From Minutocellus sp. GHC0000111 (taxonomy: Eukaryota): 64,000 bases of DNA. The DNA is taken from contig OZ361257.1 in the NCBI GenBank assembly GCA_977018835.1, positions 2,356,001-2,420,000 on the forward strand, written 5' to 3'. The notes under the pieces are model-generated. The model did no database searches, had not been told where the DNA came from, and saw only the letters and a program-made list of their open reading frames with translations. The translations under genes and the position numbers were made by a program. Below are positions 11,813 to 22,765 of the stretch, one piece after another (within the stretch, counting starts at the first letter, position 1; the number at the start of each line of letters is the position of its first letter).

Positions 11813-12217
11813 GGTTGGTTGCTGGTGGGGCGGCAGGTATCTCATTTTGCCATGCAGAAGATCTGAGATTGAAAGATCTTCACCTTTTTCTTCCTTTCTT
11901 CCTTTTTTCCCCTTTTGGTAGCTCCATCGATCGGCGAACAGGCAGGAATCAATGCGCTTAGTTGTTTGTAAAGCTCTACCGGTACCAGTCCTATGCGCTT
12001 CGGGTAGACCGAGCTATTTAACCGCTAGCTGGGTCAACAAATACGCAAGCGGCGTTATGAGTAAATACTTCCGGCTTTCTTTGCTTGATCTACTTTCTTC
12101 ACTTCCCATCGCCTCATGTCAATCTGATAGAAACGTCTTTGTAGAAAATTGTCATGCATACGTAGATCTACTATAGATTAGTAAGCGCTAATGCGATCCT
12201 TTTACAATTTGATCAAA

Positions 12218-12516
12218 TTACAGCAAAAGCCCTTTATTCACATCCTCCAAATTTCGTAGCAACGCTTCCTGTCTCTTCAGCCGTTTGTCCAATGCGGCCT
12301 TGGTGTGTTCCACAACTTCATTTGGCGCCTTCTCTAGGAAGTCGGATGTTTCTAGTTTGCAAGAGAGGATGTTGATACTCTTTCGGTTTCTTTCCATCTG
12401 CTTCTCGATCAAGTCCCGCCTTTCCTTGAGCTTCTGTGTCTTCGACTTGGGAGTGGTGGAAGAAGAACGTCGGACCTTGTTCGACTTCTCTTCGAATCCC
12501 TTGACATTGATCAACG
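12218..12516 (-). pseudogene. 3' fragment of rtcB (coiled-coil tail only), truncated at a rearrangement junction
   Basis: Reverse complement of 18533..18831 (LINVKGFEEK...NKGLLL). Confidence 0.85.
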
Positions 12517-14185
12517 CAGCAGCAATTTCTGGCTGACCGACGAGGACTACAATCGAATTCGCCGGGGCATCAAAAAGGACGTTCGGAAAGCTCGCGCTTG
12601 TGCCATCCTCATCAACGGGGATGGCGGCAACATCCCACCGCCGTCTCTGAACGAGGACGAAACGACCCTCCGCGGCATCGAGCATCTCCAGAGCCGAGAG
12701 GTTCTCCAGCAGCTGGTCCACCTCAAGGATGGCGCCATCGAGGCCGTCTTCCGGGAGCAGGAGCGCCAGGCCACGTTGGGAAGGGCCATCGACGGCCGGG
12801 CCATTGCCAAGGTCTACATGGTCCACGCCAGGCAGGACGCCCTCGCGCGTGCCGCCTCCGACGAGGCCTTTGTGCTTGCCGATAGAATTTCAACCACTAC
12901 CACTACCACTGACACTCTTACCAAGCAGCAGTACCTTGAACTTCTAAAGAAATCGATCGCCATCGACTTGGACACAAGCCAAGCACACACTGCTGCTGAC
13001 AACACTGCTACAACAATCGAGGAAGGATCAGCAAGGCCAACACCCTCAAGAGGCGCCGGTGGCATTCACGCCCCCAGCGCAGTCAATCCTCTGCAGCAGC
13101 AACAGGAAGACGATCAAGATGCACCAAATTATTCGCTGGGCTCTTGGCTCAATCACCACGACAGCCTGACGCTCGGTGGAACGAGAGGTGCCACGAAAGG
13201 TCCCCATCGCCGTCGTTCTTCCGAATGCACTGATACTAGCTAGTATGGTAACAGAGCAGTACTGTGATGCCAGATCCATCGATACCTTTTTACTTAAAAA
13301 AAATGAGCTCATGGCTCCGCTCCCAGTCTCCTGTCGTGCGAACAACAATTGGAATATTTGATATAAATATATATAAAAAGAATCTACGTAAAGGTTTATC
13401 GAGTTGTTATCTTGAAGAGATAGGGACAATATATGTGTGTTAGTCCCAAAATGCGCACTGTCCCAGTTCGCGAACTGGGATCCCAGTTTGCGAACTAGGA
13501 TTTATTTATCCCAGTTTGGAAACTGGGATCATAGGCACAATCTCAGTTTGCAAACTTGGATCAATCGAGAAATAATGAAAATTTAGCATGGATGATATCG
13601 CCTTTGCTTCTCCTCGCTTCATTTTTTCATAGTGAAGCAACACAGCCCAAACCTGGTCCAGACGTCCAGACGACATTAGTGCCGGAGCTGATACTCAATA
13701 AATTGGCATTAGCTGATACAAAATACATATAGTGAAAAATAATAATATCTAGCTAGCTGCTTCTGGCAAATATAAGTCATGAACTGTACATGCATCTGTG
13801 CTATGCCGGCATCATGTTGCTACTGTACCAGTACATGTAGCTTGCAAATTCAAGATATGATGCACAGTGCAACTTGTGTTGTAGATAGATCTACCAGTAC
13901 ATAATCATTGTGCATGAGCCAACACCGGCAGTTACCATTCTGACACTTGCCGAGAATGCCAGTTTCCAAACTGGTATTCATTTTTGTTCCAGTTCGCGAA
14001 CTCGTCTGGTTCCCAAATTCGGATTGGCGTGTTTATCTCAGTTTCCATTCTGGTAGTATCAGTGCGCAAACTGAGATCCTAGTTTGGGAACTGGGGCCCA
14101 GTGCGCAAACTGGGATAAATGAATCTCAGTTCGCAAACTGGGATCCCAGTTCGCGAACTGGGACAGTGCGCATTTTGGGACTAAC
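12516..14185. repeat. Inverted duplication of 3301..4980 (5'-truncated copy of the 4244..5080 gene plus MITE)
   Basis: Reverse-complement identity with a few SNPs and a 9-bp deletion (HARQARQD to HARQD); homology stops exactly at the MITE terminus 14185. Confidence 0.92.
13439..14185. mobile_element. MITE copy 2 (opposite orientation to copy 1)
   Basis: Same TIRs GTTAGTCCC...GGGACTAAC; TA/TG-rich flanks. Confidence 0.9.
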
Positions 14186-14219
14186 ATATATTTATTTCCT
14201 CCAATCCACCACCACCAAG

Positions 14220-15112
14220 ATGGTCTTCGTCAAGGTTCAAAAGTCCAAGGCGTACTTCAGCCGGTACCAGGTCAAGTTCCGCCGCCGCCGCGAGGGCCGC
14301 ACGGACTACCGCCAGCGCAAGCGCCTCGTCTGCCAGGCCAAGAACAAGTACCAGAGCCCCAAGTACCGCCTCATCGTCCGCTTCACCAACACCCAGGTCA
14401 TCTGCCAGATCGCCTACTCCCTCATCGACGGCGACCGCATCCTGTGCCAGGCCAACTCCAAGGAGCTCCCCCGCTACGGCCTCAAGGTCGGCCTCAAGAA
14501 CTACGCCGCCGCCTCCTCCAGAAGGTCGGCCTCGACGACGTCTACGAGGGCAACACCGAGATCGACGGCGAGGTCGTCTCCTGCGAGGAGGGAAAGAAGA
14601 CCTACTACGTCGACGAGGTCGACGAGGACAAGCGCCCCTTCCGCGCCCTCCTCGACGTCGGCTGCAAGGCCACCACCACCGGATGCCGCATCTTCGGCGC
14701 CCTCAAGGGGGCCGCCGACGGAGGCCTCGACATCCCCCACTCCGAGAAGCGCTTCCCCGGCTACGACCGCGACGCCAAGGAGTACGACGCCGACATGCAC
14801 CGCGAGCGCATCTTCGGCGGCCACGTCGGCGAGTACATGGAGTACCTCGAGGAGGAGGACAACCAGAAGTACCAGGAGTGCTTCGCCTCCTACATCGCCA
14901 ACGACGCCGACGCCGACGGCCTCGAGGAGCTCTACGAGTCGGTCCACGAGGCCATCCGGGAGGATCCCAGCCCCAGCGCCAAGAAGGACTTCAGCCCCGA
15001 CAAGTCCTACAAGCGCAAGGCCAAGCTCACCCTCGAGGAGCGCAAGGCTCGCGTCCAGGCCAAGAAGGACGCGAAAATTGCGGAATTGGAGGCCGTCTCC
15101 GATGACGAGTAA
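14220..15112 (+). pseudogene. RPL5: 60S ribosomal protein L5 (uL18), frameshifted
   Basis: [30 protein letters not shown]...GLKNYAAA, then frame change to LLQKVGL...[23 protein letters not shown]...; the conserved YxTGLLxARR segment is missing near 14514. Confidence 0.9.
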
Positions 15113-15213
15113 ATTATTACTACAGTAGTAAAAATAAATTTGCTTATCCAACGTCAACCTCGATACTATCTTGAGCAGTATGTTATAATTTCCTCCACTA
15201 GTATTATAGTAGC

Positions 15214-16680
15214 TTAGTTCTGCTTCGCATTGCCAAAGTCAATGCTCCCATTCCTAGCCTTACCATGTGCCATGCCCTCTTCGACGTCCTTTTCAGTGGT
15301 ACTGGCAGCAGCAGCACCATCATCAACACCATCGATATCTGCATTCATCAATTCAGCGACATCCCTCAATGAATTGCAGCCTCTGGACATTAGAATGAGC
15401 ATATCCAATACCTTTGGGCTCATGGCAGATAGCTCTTTTAAGCTCAACAGAACAATCAGGATCGAGGTGAGACTCCCACCACCAAAGGCAGAGGCGGTGA
15501 GCAGCCCATATGCCGCCAGAGCACCCAGAAAGTGGGAGAGGATCAAAAAGTTCGTCGTCCACGCCAAACGATGAAAGAAGCTCCGGAAAGTCGTCCGTCC
15601 AAATATCCAAAAGGATTTGCGACCATTCTTTGCCGTTGACTCCGATCCCCGTGAGACGGCGTCCGCCGAACAACTCATGTAGATCATCTGCCCCTCACGT
15701 ATCATGGTTTCGCATTCTTGTACCTTCCCATACAGCATGTTGAACCATAGAAATGGAGCTCCCATTGTGATCAAGCCAAACCCCACAAATACTGCCACAT
15801 ATGTGCCATAGTCGGACCCTTGCAGTTGTTGCATGTTCGAATTTGTCGAAATTGCGAGATTGCCAAAGCATAGAATCAACAGATATATAATCGAAACGAG
15901 ATCATCAAATATGGAAAGACAGGATTTCCATACGTTGTTTACGACATCATCGACGTCCTTCAATAGTCCTGTAAAGCGCCCGGCCGGCCACTTGATGGCA
16001 AGTGGATGATCGTCTGGAAGTGATGTTCGCTTCGACAACAAAACACTTCTCATCTGAACCCGCTGGCTATTTAATGGTACCCACATTTCGTACCACCAAT
16101 ACAAGGTCTTGGATATCATTTCCAGGAAGGTCGACGTCAAGTAAAGCCAGATAGGGACCGTGGTTGGATTCGATTCAATCTGTTGAGCTACATACGACAC
16201 AATGGCCGTCTGAAGCGGTCTCGTCACGCTCATGAGTAGGATCATGGCAACTGTCTTGTACGGTTTGGTGTGCCTCCACATGAATCGAAAGAAGTCGTAT
16301 ATCTGCCCATAGATGGATAAATCCTTCAAGTTGCGACCACTGGGCCATATCAGCACGGAATCCGCTGCGGGCTTTTCTGTCTTGCCCCCTCCTGCACTGA
16401 TCTGGCCATGCATGTACTCCTCCACCGTCCCCTCATACACGGCAGGATACGGACCAGGTTCCTTCCTCCACAGCTTGTTGCGGCTCATTCGATTCCAATC
16501 GACCTGAAAGCTTCGTTCACGTTCCATCCCAGACTCAATGTCGGCGGTATCGCGTTCGACGCCTTTGTGAAAGAGCGCGTCGAGTTGCCGATATCTTCGT
16601 GCCAATACGGCGTCCGAATCATCCTTGCAGCTCCATGGACCAGCGTCGCTGGATCCATTGGGGTCTGGTGGTGGCGACAT
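15214..16680 (-). CDS. Multi-pass membrane protein resembling an ABC-transporter type-1 transmembrane domain, no NBD
   Basis: About 6 hydrophobic helices; RVQMRSVLL..LP....AGRFTGLLKDVDDV resembles the ABC TM coupling region; no Walker motifs; probable ATG 16680 (upstream 16782 possible). Confidence 0.55.
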   Translation of the reverse strand: MSPPPDPNGSSDAGPWSCKDDSDAVLARRYRQLDALFHKGVERDTADIESGMERERSFQVDWNRMSRNKLWRKEPGPYPAVYEGTVEEYMHGQISAGGGKTEKPAADSVLIWPSGRNLKDLSIYGQIYDFFRFMWRHTKPYKTVAMILLMSVTRPLQTAIVSYVAQQIESNPTTVPIWLYLTSTFLEMISKTLYWWYEMWVPLNSQRVQMRSVLLSKRTSLPDDHPLAIKWPAGRFTGLLKDVDDVVNNVWKSCLSIFDDLVSIIYLLILCFGNLAISTNSNMQQLQGSDYGTYVAVFVGFGLITMGAPFLWFNMLYGKVQECETMIREGQMIYMSCSADAVSRGSESTAKNGRKSFWIFGRTTFRSFFHRLAWTTNFLILSHFLGALAAYGLLTASAFGGGSLTSILIVLLSLKELSAMSPKVLDMLILMSRGCNSLRDVAELMNADIDGVDDGAAAASTTEKDVEEGMAHGKARNGSIDFGNAKQN

Positions 16681-17196
16681 GTTGCTTCGTTGATGCTTTA
16701 ATGCTTGATTTTTTTCTATGTTGGCGTCGTGCGAGGCTCGGACGAGGCTGTGCATGTGGACTGTGTACATGCGCTGGTCCATAAGAGGTACTAGCTAGTA
16801 TGTTAGTTCTCGTTGCGCCGTCGGTGGCTCTGCCTGCGGTCTGCTCTGCGTCTGCGTATCTTTTGACAGTCGAGTGAGTCCAGAAAGATACGAGGGTGTT
16901 CAGGACAGCAATCAGTGAACCAAGCAGGAATTAGCTGCTTGCTGGTTTGAATGGTTGATGAAAGGCATTCATATCGCATGATTCATTGCTGTGCCTCTCG
17001 TTGGTGCTAAATATTAGCGCAGTAGAGCCTGTACTGGCTAGAGCTTAGGTGGCGGAGGCGATCTTTTCTTGACACGCCTCCACGGAGAGGATGGTAACCA
17101 GATATCTGATCTCCCCAGTGACAACATGTGACCGAGGCGATGAATGCACTTCCACGATTTTGCACTTCACTTCTCCAACAACAACTAATTAGGAAT

Positions 17197-18831
17197 ATGA
17201 AGTTGTCGAATGCTCGTGCATCAATCCTGCCGGCCTTGCTAACCATCGCTGTCGGCACTACAGGCGCTGATGCCTTTGTCCTCTCTCGCGAAACGCCAAG
17301 GCACTTCAGTTCGCAGATTCGCAGCAGCAGCGCGGGAGGAGACGAAGATTCGCCTACTAGCGAGTTTCCAAGGATTATAGAGACAAAGGGCGTGCCAATC
17401 TATTTGTACACGGATGACATTGAGTTCGAAGCCATCGAGCAGCTCAGGGTGCTTGCCGAGAGTCCCGTCCCAGTTGATTACGTATCGGCAATGCCAGGTG
17501 CTCATCTCGGAAAAGGAGTTACCATAGGCTCGGTATTTGCTTCAGAGAAGTACGTATGTCCGAATGCCGTGGGCGTGGATATTGGATGCGGAATGGCGGC
17601 TGTGCCCATCGATGGGCTGTACAAGAACCAACTGACAAACGATCAAATGAACGAGATCCAACGGCTCATCAAGGAACAAATCCCAACTGGATTTGAGCAG
17701 CATCGCAAGACGCTGGAGGGGACCCGCGAGGTGTTGACGCAGATCACCGATGAGGTGGAACCAACTCAGTACCTCAAGGACCAACTTTTGGAGCCTCGTG
17801 TCGCCGATCAGCTGGGCACCCTTGGAGGTGGCAATCACTTTCTCGAGGTGGTGTACGAGGAAGGTACCGAGCAGGTTTGGATCATGTTGCATTCAGGAAG
17901 TCGCAACATTGGCAATCGTGTCGCAACGCGGTACGACCAGGTGGCCAAAAGTTTGCTTTTGAGTCAGGGCGTGGACACCCAACCTCTTCGAGGTATTCAC
18001 TACATGCCTATCGACTCGCAAGAGGGACAGAATTATCTACGCGACATGGAGTGGTGTCAGCGCTACGCCTTTCATAATCGCCAGGCGATGCAAAATATCA
18101 TTGAGACGATTGTGGAAAGGGTCACCGGCAAACAGGCCAACGTTGCGAAAGGGACCAACATCCATCACAACTATTGTGCCTGCGAAGATTGCGGTGATGG
18201 CAGGCGACTGTGGATAACCCGCAAGGGCGCGACGTCCGCAAAGGCAGGAGAGTACGGTATTATTCCCGGATCGATGGGTACTGGCAGCTACATCACCCGG
18301 GGCCGAGGAAATCTCTTGAGCTGGAATTCATCATCCCACGGTGCAGGCCGGAGAATGTCGCGAACGAAGGCAAAGGCAGAGATCGCTCAGAGTGATTTTG
18401 AAAACGTCATGAAAGGGATTGTTTGCGACACCACGCCGGCCGTCAAAGACGAAGCTCCGCAAGCATACAAGGATCTCAATGTCGTTATGAAGAATCAAGA
18501 GTCTCTCACTGATGTCGTTCACCACCTTCTCCCGTTGATCAATGTCAAGGGATTCGAAGAGAAGTCGAACAAGGTCCGACGTTCTTCTTCCACCACTCCC
18601 AAGTCGAAGACACAGAAGCTCAAGGAAAGGCGGGACTTGATCGAGAAGCAGATGGAAAGAAACCGAAAGAGTATCAACATCCTCTCTTGCAAACTAGAAA
18701 CATCCGACTTCCTAGAGAAGGCGCCAAATGAAGTTGTGGAACACACCAAGGCCGCATTGGACAAACGGCTGAAGAGACAGGAAGCGTTGCTACGAAATTT
18801 GGAGGATGTGAATAAAGGGCTTTTGCTGTAA
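17197..18831 (+). CDS. rtcB: Bacterial-type RNA ligase RtcB, plastid-targeted, with C-terminal ValRS-like coiled-coil arm
   Basis: VGVDIGCGM, GTLGGGNHF, HSGSR, HHNY, PGSMG, SHGAGR, DEAPQAYK; signal peptide ending ADA-F; tail KLETSDFLEKAPNEVVE. Confidence 0.92.
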   Translation: MKLSNARASILPALLTIAVGTTGADAFVLSRETPRHFSSQIRSSSAGGDEDSPTSEFPRIIETKGVPIYLYTDDIEFEAIEQLRVLAESPVPVDYVSAMPGAHLGKGVTIGSVFASEKYVCPNAVGVDIGCGMAAVPIDGLYKNQLTNDQMNEIQRLIKEQIPTGFEQHRKTLEGTREVLTQITDEVEPTQYLKDQLLEPRVADQLGTLGGGNHFLEVVYEEGTEQVWIMLHSGSRNIGNRVATRYDQVAKSLLLSQGVDTQPLRGIHYMPIDSQEGQNYLRDMEWCQRYAFHNRQAMQNIIETIVERVTGKQANVAKGTNIHHNYCACEDCGDGRRLWITRKGATSAKAGEYGIIPGSMGTGSYITRGRGNLLSWNSSSHGAGRRMSRTKAKAEIAQSDFENVMKGIVCDTTPAVKDEAPQAYKDLNVVMKNQESLTDVVHHLLPLINVKGFEEKSNKVRRSSSTTPKSKTQKLKERRDLIEKQMERNRKSINILSCKLETSDFLEKAPNEVVEHTKAALDKRLKRQEALLRNLEDVNKGLLL

Positions 18832-19236
18832 TTTGATCAAATTGTAAAAGGATCGCATTAGCGCTTACTAATCTATAGTAGATCTACGTATGCATGACAA
18901 TTTTCTACAAAGACGTTTCTATCAGATTGACATGAGGCGATGGGAAGTGAAGAAAGTAGATCAAGCAAAGAAAGCCGGAAGTATTTACTCATAACGCCGC
19001 TTGCGTATTTGTTGACCCAGCTAGCGGTTAAATAGCTCGGTCTACCCGAAGCGCATAGGACTGGTACCGGTAGAGCTTTACAAACAACTAAGCGCATTGA
19101 TTCCTGCCTGTTCGCCGATCGATGGAGCTACCAAAAGGGGAAAAAAGGAAGAAAGGAAGAAAAAGGTGAAGATCTTTCAATCTCAGATCTTCTGCATGGC
19201 AAAATGAGATACCTGCCGCCCCACCAGCAACCAACC

Positions 19237-20782
19237 ATGCATCTTGGTATTAGGTCGGTCTGCCTTCTCTATTTATCGTCGCCGTCGGCTGCATTCCTCG
19301 TACCTGCGGCCACTTCCGCCAGCAACGGCAAAGCCTGCTGGCGGTCTGACCAGCACAGTGATGGAAAGATTCGCTTCTCGATCTTGACGGCACTTGCTCC
19401 TCAGAACGAGAAGCAGGGCGGTCAGGCTAATATCGAAGGAGAAGAAGCAAGTTCAGATGGGATTGCTGAATCAGGTGTCTTTCTCCATGGCTTTGAGGCC
19501 GATCTGGACCAGAAGATGGATGATCTGAAGGCTCAGTATGAGGAGTACAAAGAGTTTTCGGGCTCGTCGGCGGGAGGAATCGATAACAAGGTGAAGAGCA
19601 AAGTAGACGACGGAAGCAAGGACGACGAAACAGAAACCCCCGCCATAACGAGTACTGATCCAAATGCTAGAGGAAGCTATGGGTATGTGACCACTGGCGA
19701 TCGTCAGTTGACCGCAGCACAGCTGGAAGTTTTGTTTTTGGTTCCGCGAGAGCTGTGTGCTTTTGCATTATTTTTCCTCGAAATCTCTCCATCCTCATCT
19801 CAAGAGATCCATATCATTCTGTTTTTGCTGTTTCTTTGGTTTGCCAGGGATGAAGAATATCCTGCTCCGTACTACACTCCTCCGCCCAATTTCTTCGCTC
19901 TTGCGACAAATCAATTTGTTCGCAATCTCGATTCCATGTTGGGAAGGAACAAGGCAACGACAAGCAAGGGCGACGAGACAGTAGATCTCAGAGCCAAGTT
20001 GAACTCGCTGAAACTTCCATCTTGGGATCTTGAAAGCATCGCTCGGTGTGATAAAAGAGCCTCTCGTTCTTCGATCACCTTACCACTTGCTTTGTCCTCT
20101 CATCGACCTTGTCTATAAGCAGCCTGACGATAAGTTGAACTCGGGAAGCGCCATTCAACGCCTATGCATAATGGAGAAGATTGGTCGGGCACCATATCTC
20201 TCCTTTCTTTCTATGTTGAATCTTTATGAATCATTTGGCCTTTGGCGCCCTTCTGAAGATTTGAGGGTGGCCCATGCCCACCAGGAGCTATCCAAATTCA
20301 GAAGACAGAGGATGATCGAACAACTCGGTGGAGGTCAGACCTGGACGGCTAGATTCATTGCAGAACATGCTGCATTGTTTGCCCATCTCACAATCGTTCA
20401 CCTGTGGTTTCTTTCGCCAAGCCTTGCCTATCGTTTTGCCCAAATGATTGAAAGCCACGCCTTTCACACGTATGATGCCTTCCTTGAGCAAAATGAAAGT
20501 GCGCTCAAGTCGATGCCACTTTCATCCATTTCTGATGCCGACACCAGCACGCCCTATTCGAATCTTTTTGAGATGTTCTCTAATTTCAAAGACGACAATT
20601 CCATTCACTCTATGAGGCTGGCAGAGGCTTACTATCCATCGGTGGTGTTAAATGCCGCAGATAGCGAAAAGAAACTATTTCTTGGTCTCTTTGTGACTCT
20701 CATGGTCCTAAATTTCCTGCCCTCTAGCCTCGGGGATGGCACTTTCGCCGCTCTTTTTGATAAGATGCCTGGTTGGCCCTGA
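19237..20782 (+). pseudogene. Plastid-targeted PTOX/alternative-oxidase-like protein; intron 19683..19847; frameshift near 20045; degenerate diiron ligands
   Basis: Presequence SAA-FLVP; EKIGRAPYLSFLSMLNLYESFGLWR, SPSLAYRFAQMIESHAFHTY; gtatgt..ccag intron joins GSYG/DEEY. Confidence 0.7.
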
Positions 20783-21431
20783 GCTCCCCATCTTTCTTTG
20801 TACCGTTTCACTGGTGCACCGCCTTTCTAGTTACAGCTAGTATGGAAGTTTTCATTTGAATTGCCATGTTCTAATGTATTGTTAGTATTGTATTAACGCC
20901 CGGCACGTGGGAGTCGGAGAAAGTTATCTGTAAAATAATCATTATTGCATATAATGTCGAAGGCAACCAATTATTTCCAAATATTCGCTTATGGAAGTGC
21001 TAGCTAAATATTGCCAGGTGCTTGATTGGTTGTGCACACTTGGCCCCTCAATGAAGCCCATTAGGAATGTTCGTCTACAATGTTTGCGATGATGCGCCAC
21101 CGCCGGCACCCACGTGTTCGTGGATAGTAGCAGCGTCTAGAAATAAATAGTCAAGGCATTTTACTAACAGCTACTGCTCGAAGAATTCCGCTAGCTAAAT
21201 ACGTATCCTAAGATGGAACTATGCTAGTGATGCTGAGTTCATTGTTATTTGTTGAGTTATACGCCTGGCCTCTTTGTTAAAGTCGACGATCTTCGTCATT
21301 TGTGTTAAGAGGGCGCTGTCCATAATTTTCCCCGTTTTAATCCCCCTTATTCTTATTTCTTATGACGAGCGAAGCATGACAAAAACTCGACCCCACCATG
21401 AGAATCGCCGCTCTGCCCCCTCTTCATTACG

Positions 21432-22661
21432 ATGAAGCGCAGCGCTGATAATAGTGCCGGCCCGGCCCACAACGCAGATACGCGGTTGCGGAAACTCAAG
21501 ACAGATAACTCCGGTCGCCCGATTTTGCCTGTTGACAAGAAGAAAGAGAAGGCGGAGGACAAAGCGAAAGACGCCGTTACCGAGATACTGGAGGGCCTCG
21601 CCGTCACGTTGGAGAACGACCCGAACGGACAAGGACGAGAATTATGGAACAATCCCGGCGTCGGCCATGCACTTCAACATCTTGTCAAAGCAGTCGAGGC
21701 TCGCGCTGATAAGTATCATGTTCGGGATGATATTGATGTCGCTGCTGAGCGGCCCGGCCTCGTAGTTACCAACCTGTCCGTGGCTGATGTGAAGTTGAGG
21801 CTGACGGTCGGCATCGTCGATCAATTGCAAGATCCCATGTTTGACGCCGGACCTGAATTCTTCCCTATATTTCAACTTCATGGGAAACGGATCGATATTG
21901 GATCGGCTCTTGCTGCGCACGGCCGACCTTTCAACACCACATCGCTTACTTTGCTTGATGGAAGCGGAAAGCTTATCGTCGCTCGTGTTGCCCTGACAAT
22001 TACCGAAAAGGCCCGAAGTCTACAACAGGGCCATGTGATCAAATTGACAAAGTTCCACCGATGGCATGTGGCTCCATATGATGACATACACTCTACTGCT
22101 GGGATTGGACTAGTTGATTTTGATATTGTTGGAATGGGCCAACTTCTGCAGGTAGATGGTGGGCCATCAGCAGCGATCAGATCGGACACGGATGCTCTTG
22201 TTGCGGCCGTTTGTGAGGAAGCCGACGATGATCCGACGGCAGCGCCGGAGGCAGACACATTCGGTAATTGGGACGAGACCAGAGAGAGGCCGCCAATACC
22301 CCCTGCTTGCTGCACTGCCGCCAACCGAAGCTGCTCAATGTACGGCACACTCTTCTTTCAGAAATGCGTCTGCGAAGAAATGCTGGTGCCGACGGAGGAG
22401 GACCTGGAGGATATCGCTGACAAATACTACGCAACCACCATGCCAGTCGAAGCCATGGCAAATAATTTGAAGAGGAACATGCTGTATTGGTACTATGCAA
22501 CTGAGGTGTATCATGTGAGAGGTTGGCTTGATCGGAAGCCCTTGCCAACCTGTCTAGTCTTTTGCATTAGGTTCATTTATCCAAATGATAAAGGTGAACG
22601 ATATGTTGGATTCATCCCTGGTCATCAAGATGAAGAGGAAGAAGAAGAGGAAAATGCATAA
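21432..22661 (+). CDS. KolX-like protein, copy 2
   Basis: Same 409-aa translation as 8388..9617. Confidence 0.75.
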   Translation: MKRSADNSAGPAHNADTRLRKLKTDNSGRPILPVDKKKEKAEDKAKDAVTEILEGLAVTLENDPNGQGRELWNNPGVGHALQHLVKAVEARADKYHVRDDIDVAAERPGLVVTNLSVADVKLRLTVGIVDQLQDPMFDAGPEFFPIFQLHGKRIDIGSALAAHGRPFNTTSLTLLDGSGKLIVARVALTITEKARSLQQGHVIKLTKFHRWHVAPYDDIHSTAGIGLVDFDIVGMGQLLQVDGGPSAAIRSDTDALVAAVCEEADDDPTAAPEADTFGNWDETRERPPIPPACCTAANRSCSMYGTLFFQKCVCEEMLVPTEEDLEDIADKYYATTMPVEAMANNLKRNMLYWYYATEVYHVRGWLDRKPLPTCLVFCIRFIYPNDKGERYVGFIPGHQDEEEEEEENA

Positions 22662-22765
22662 TCATTACCTCAACACATGTAGATAACAAGAATGTGCGTA
22701 GCACGTGAGTAACAGCACACAATAAATCCATTTTTATTTACAGTGATAAAATATTTTACACGTGT

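Larger units (their letters stand above)
5668..12516. repeat. Left arm of a ~6.85-kb near-perfect inverted duplication (partner 18533..25379)
   Basis: Position x pairs with about 31049-x; mirrored ORFs such as 10267..11019(-)/20030..20782(+) and 8388..9617(-)/21432..22661(+). Confidence 0.95.

Noticed and set aside
12218..12826. 202-aa ORF ending in the RtcB tail
   Set aside because: Antisense shadow of the hypothetical gene fused by the junction; non-ATG start and no evidence of function
13947..14219. N-terminal extension of ORF 13947..15128
   Set aside because: Reads through MITE repeat sequence; the real RPL5 start is ATG 14220
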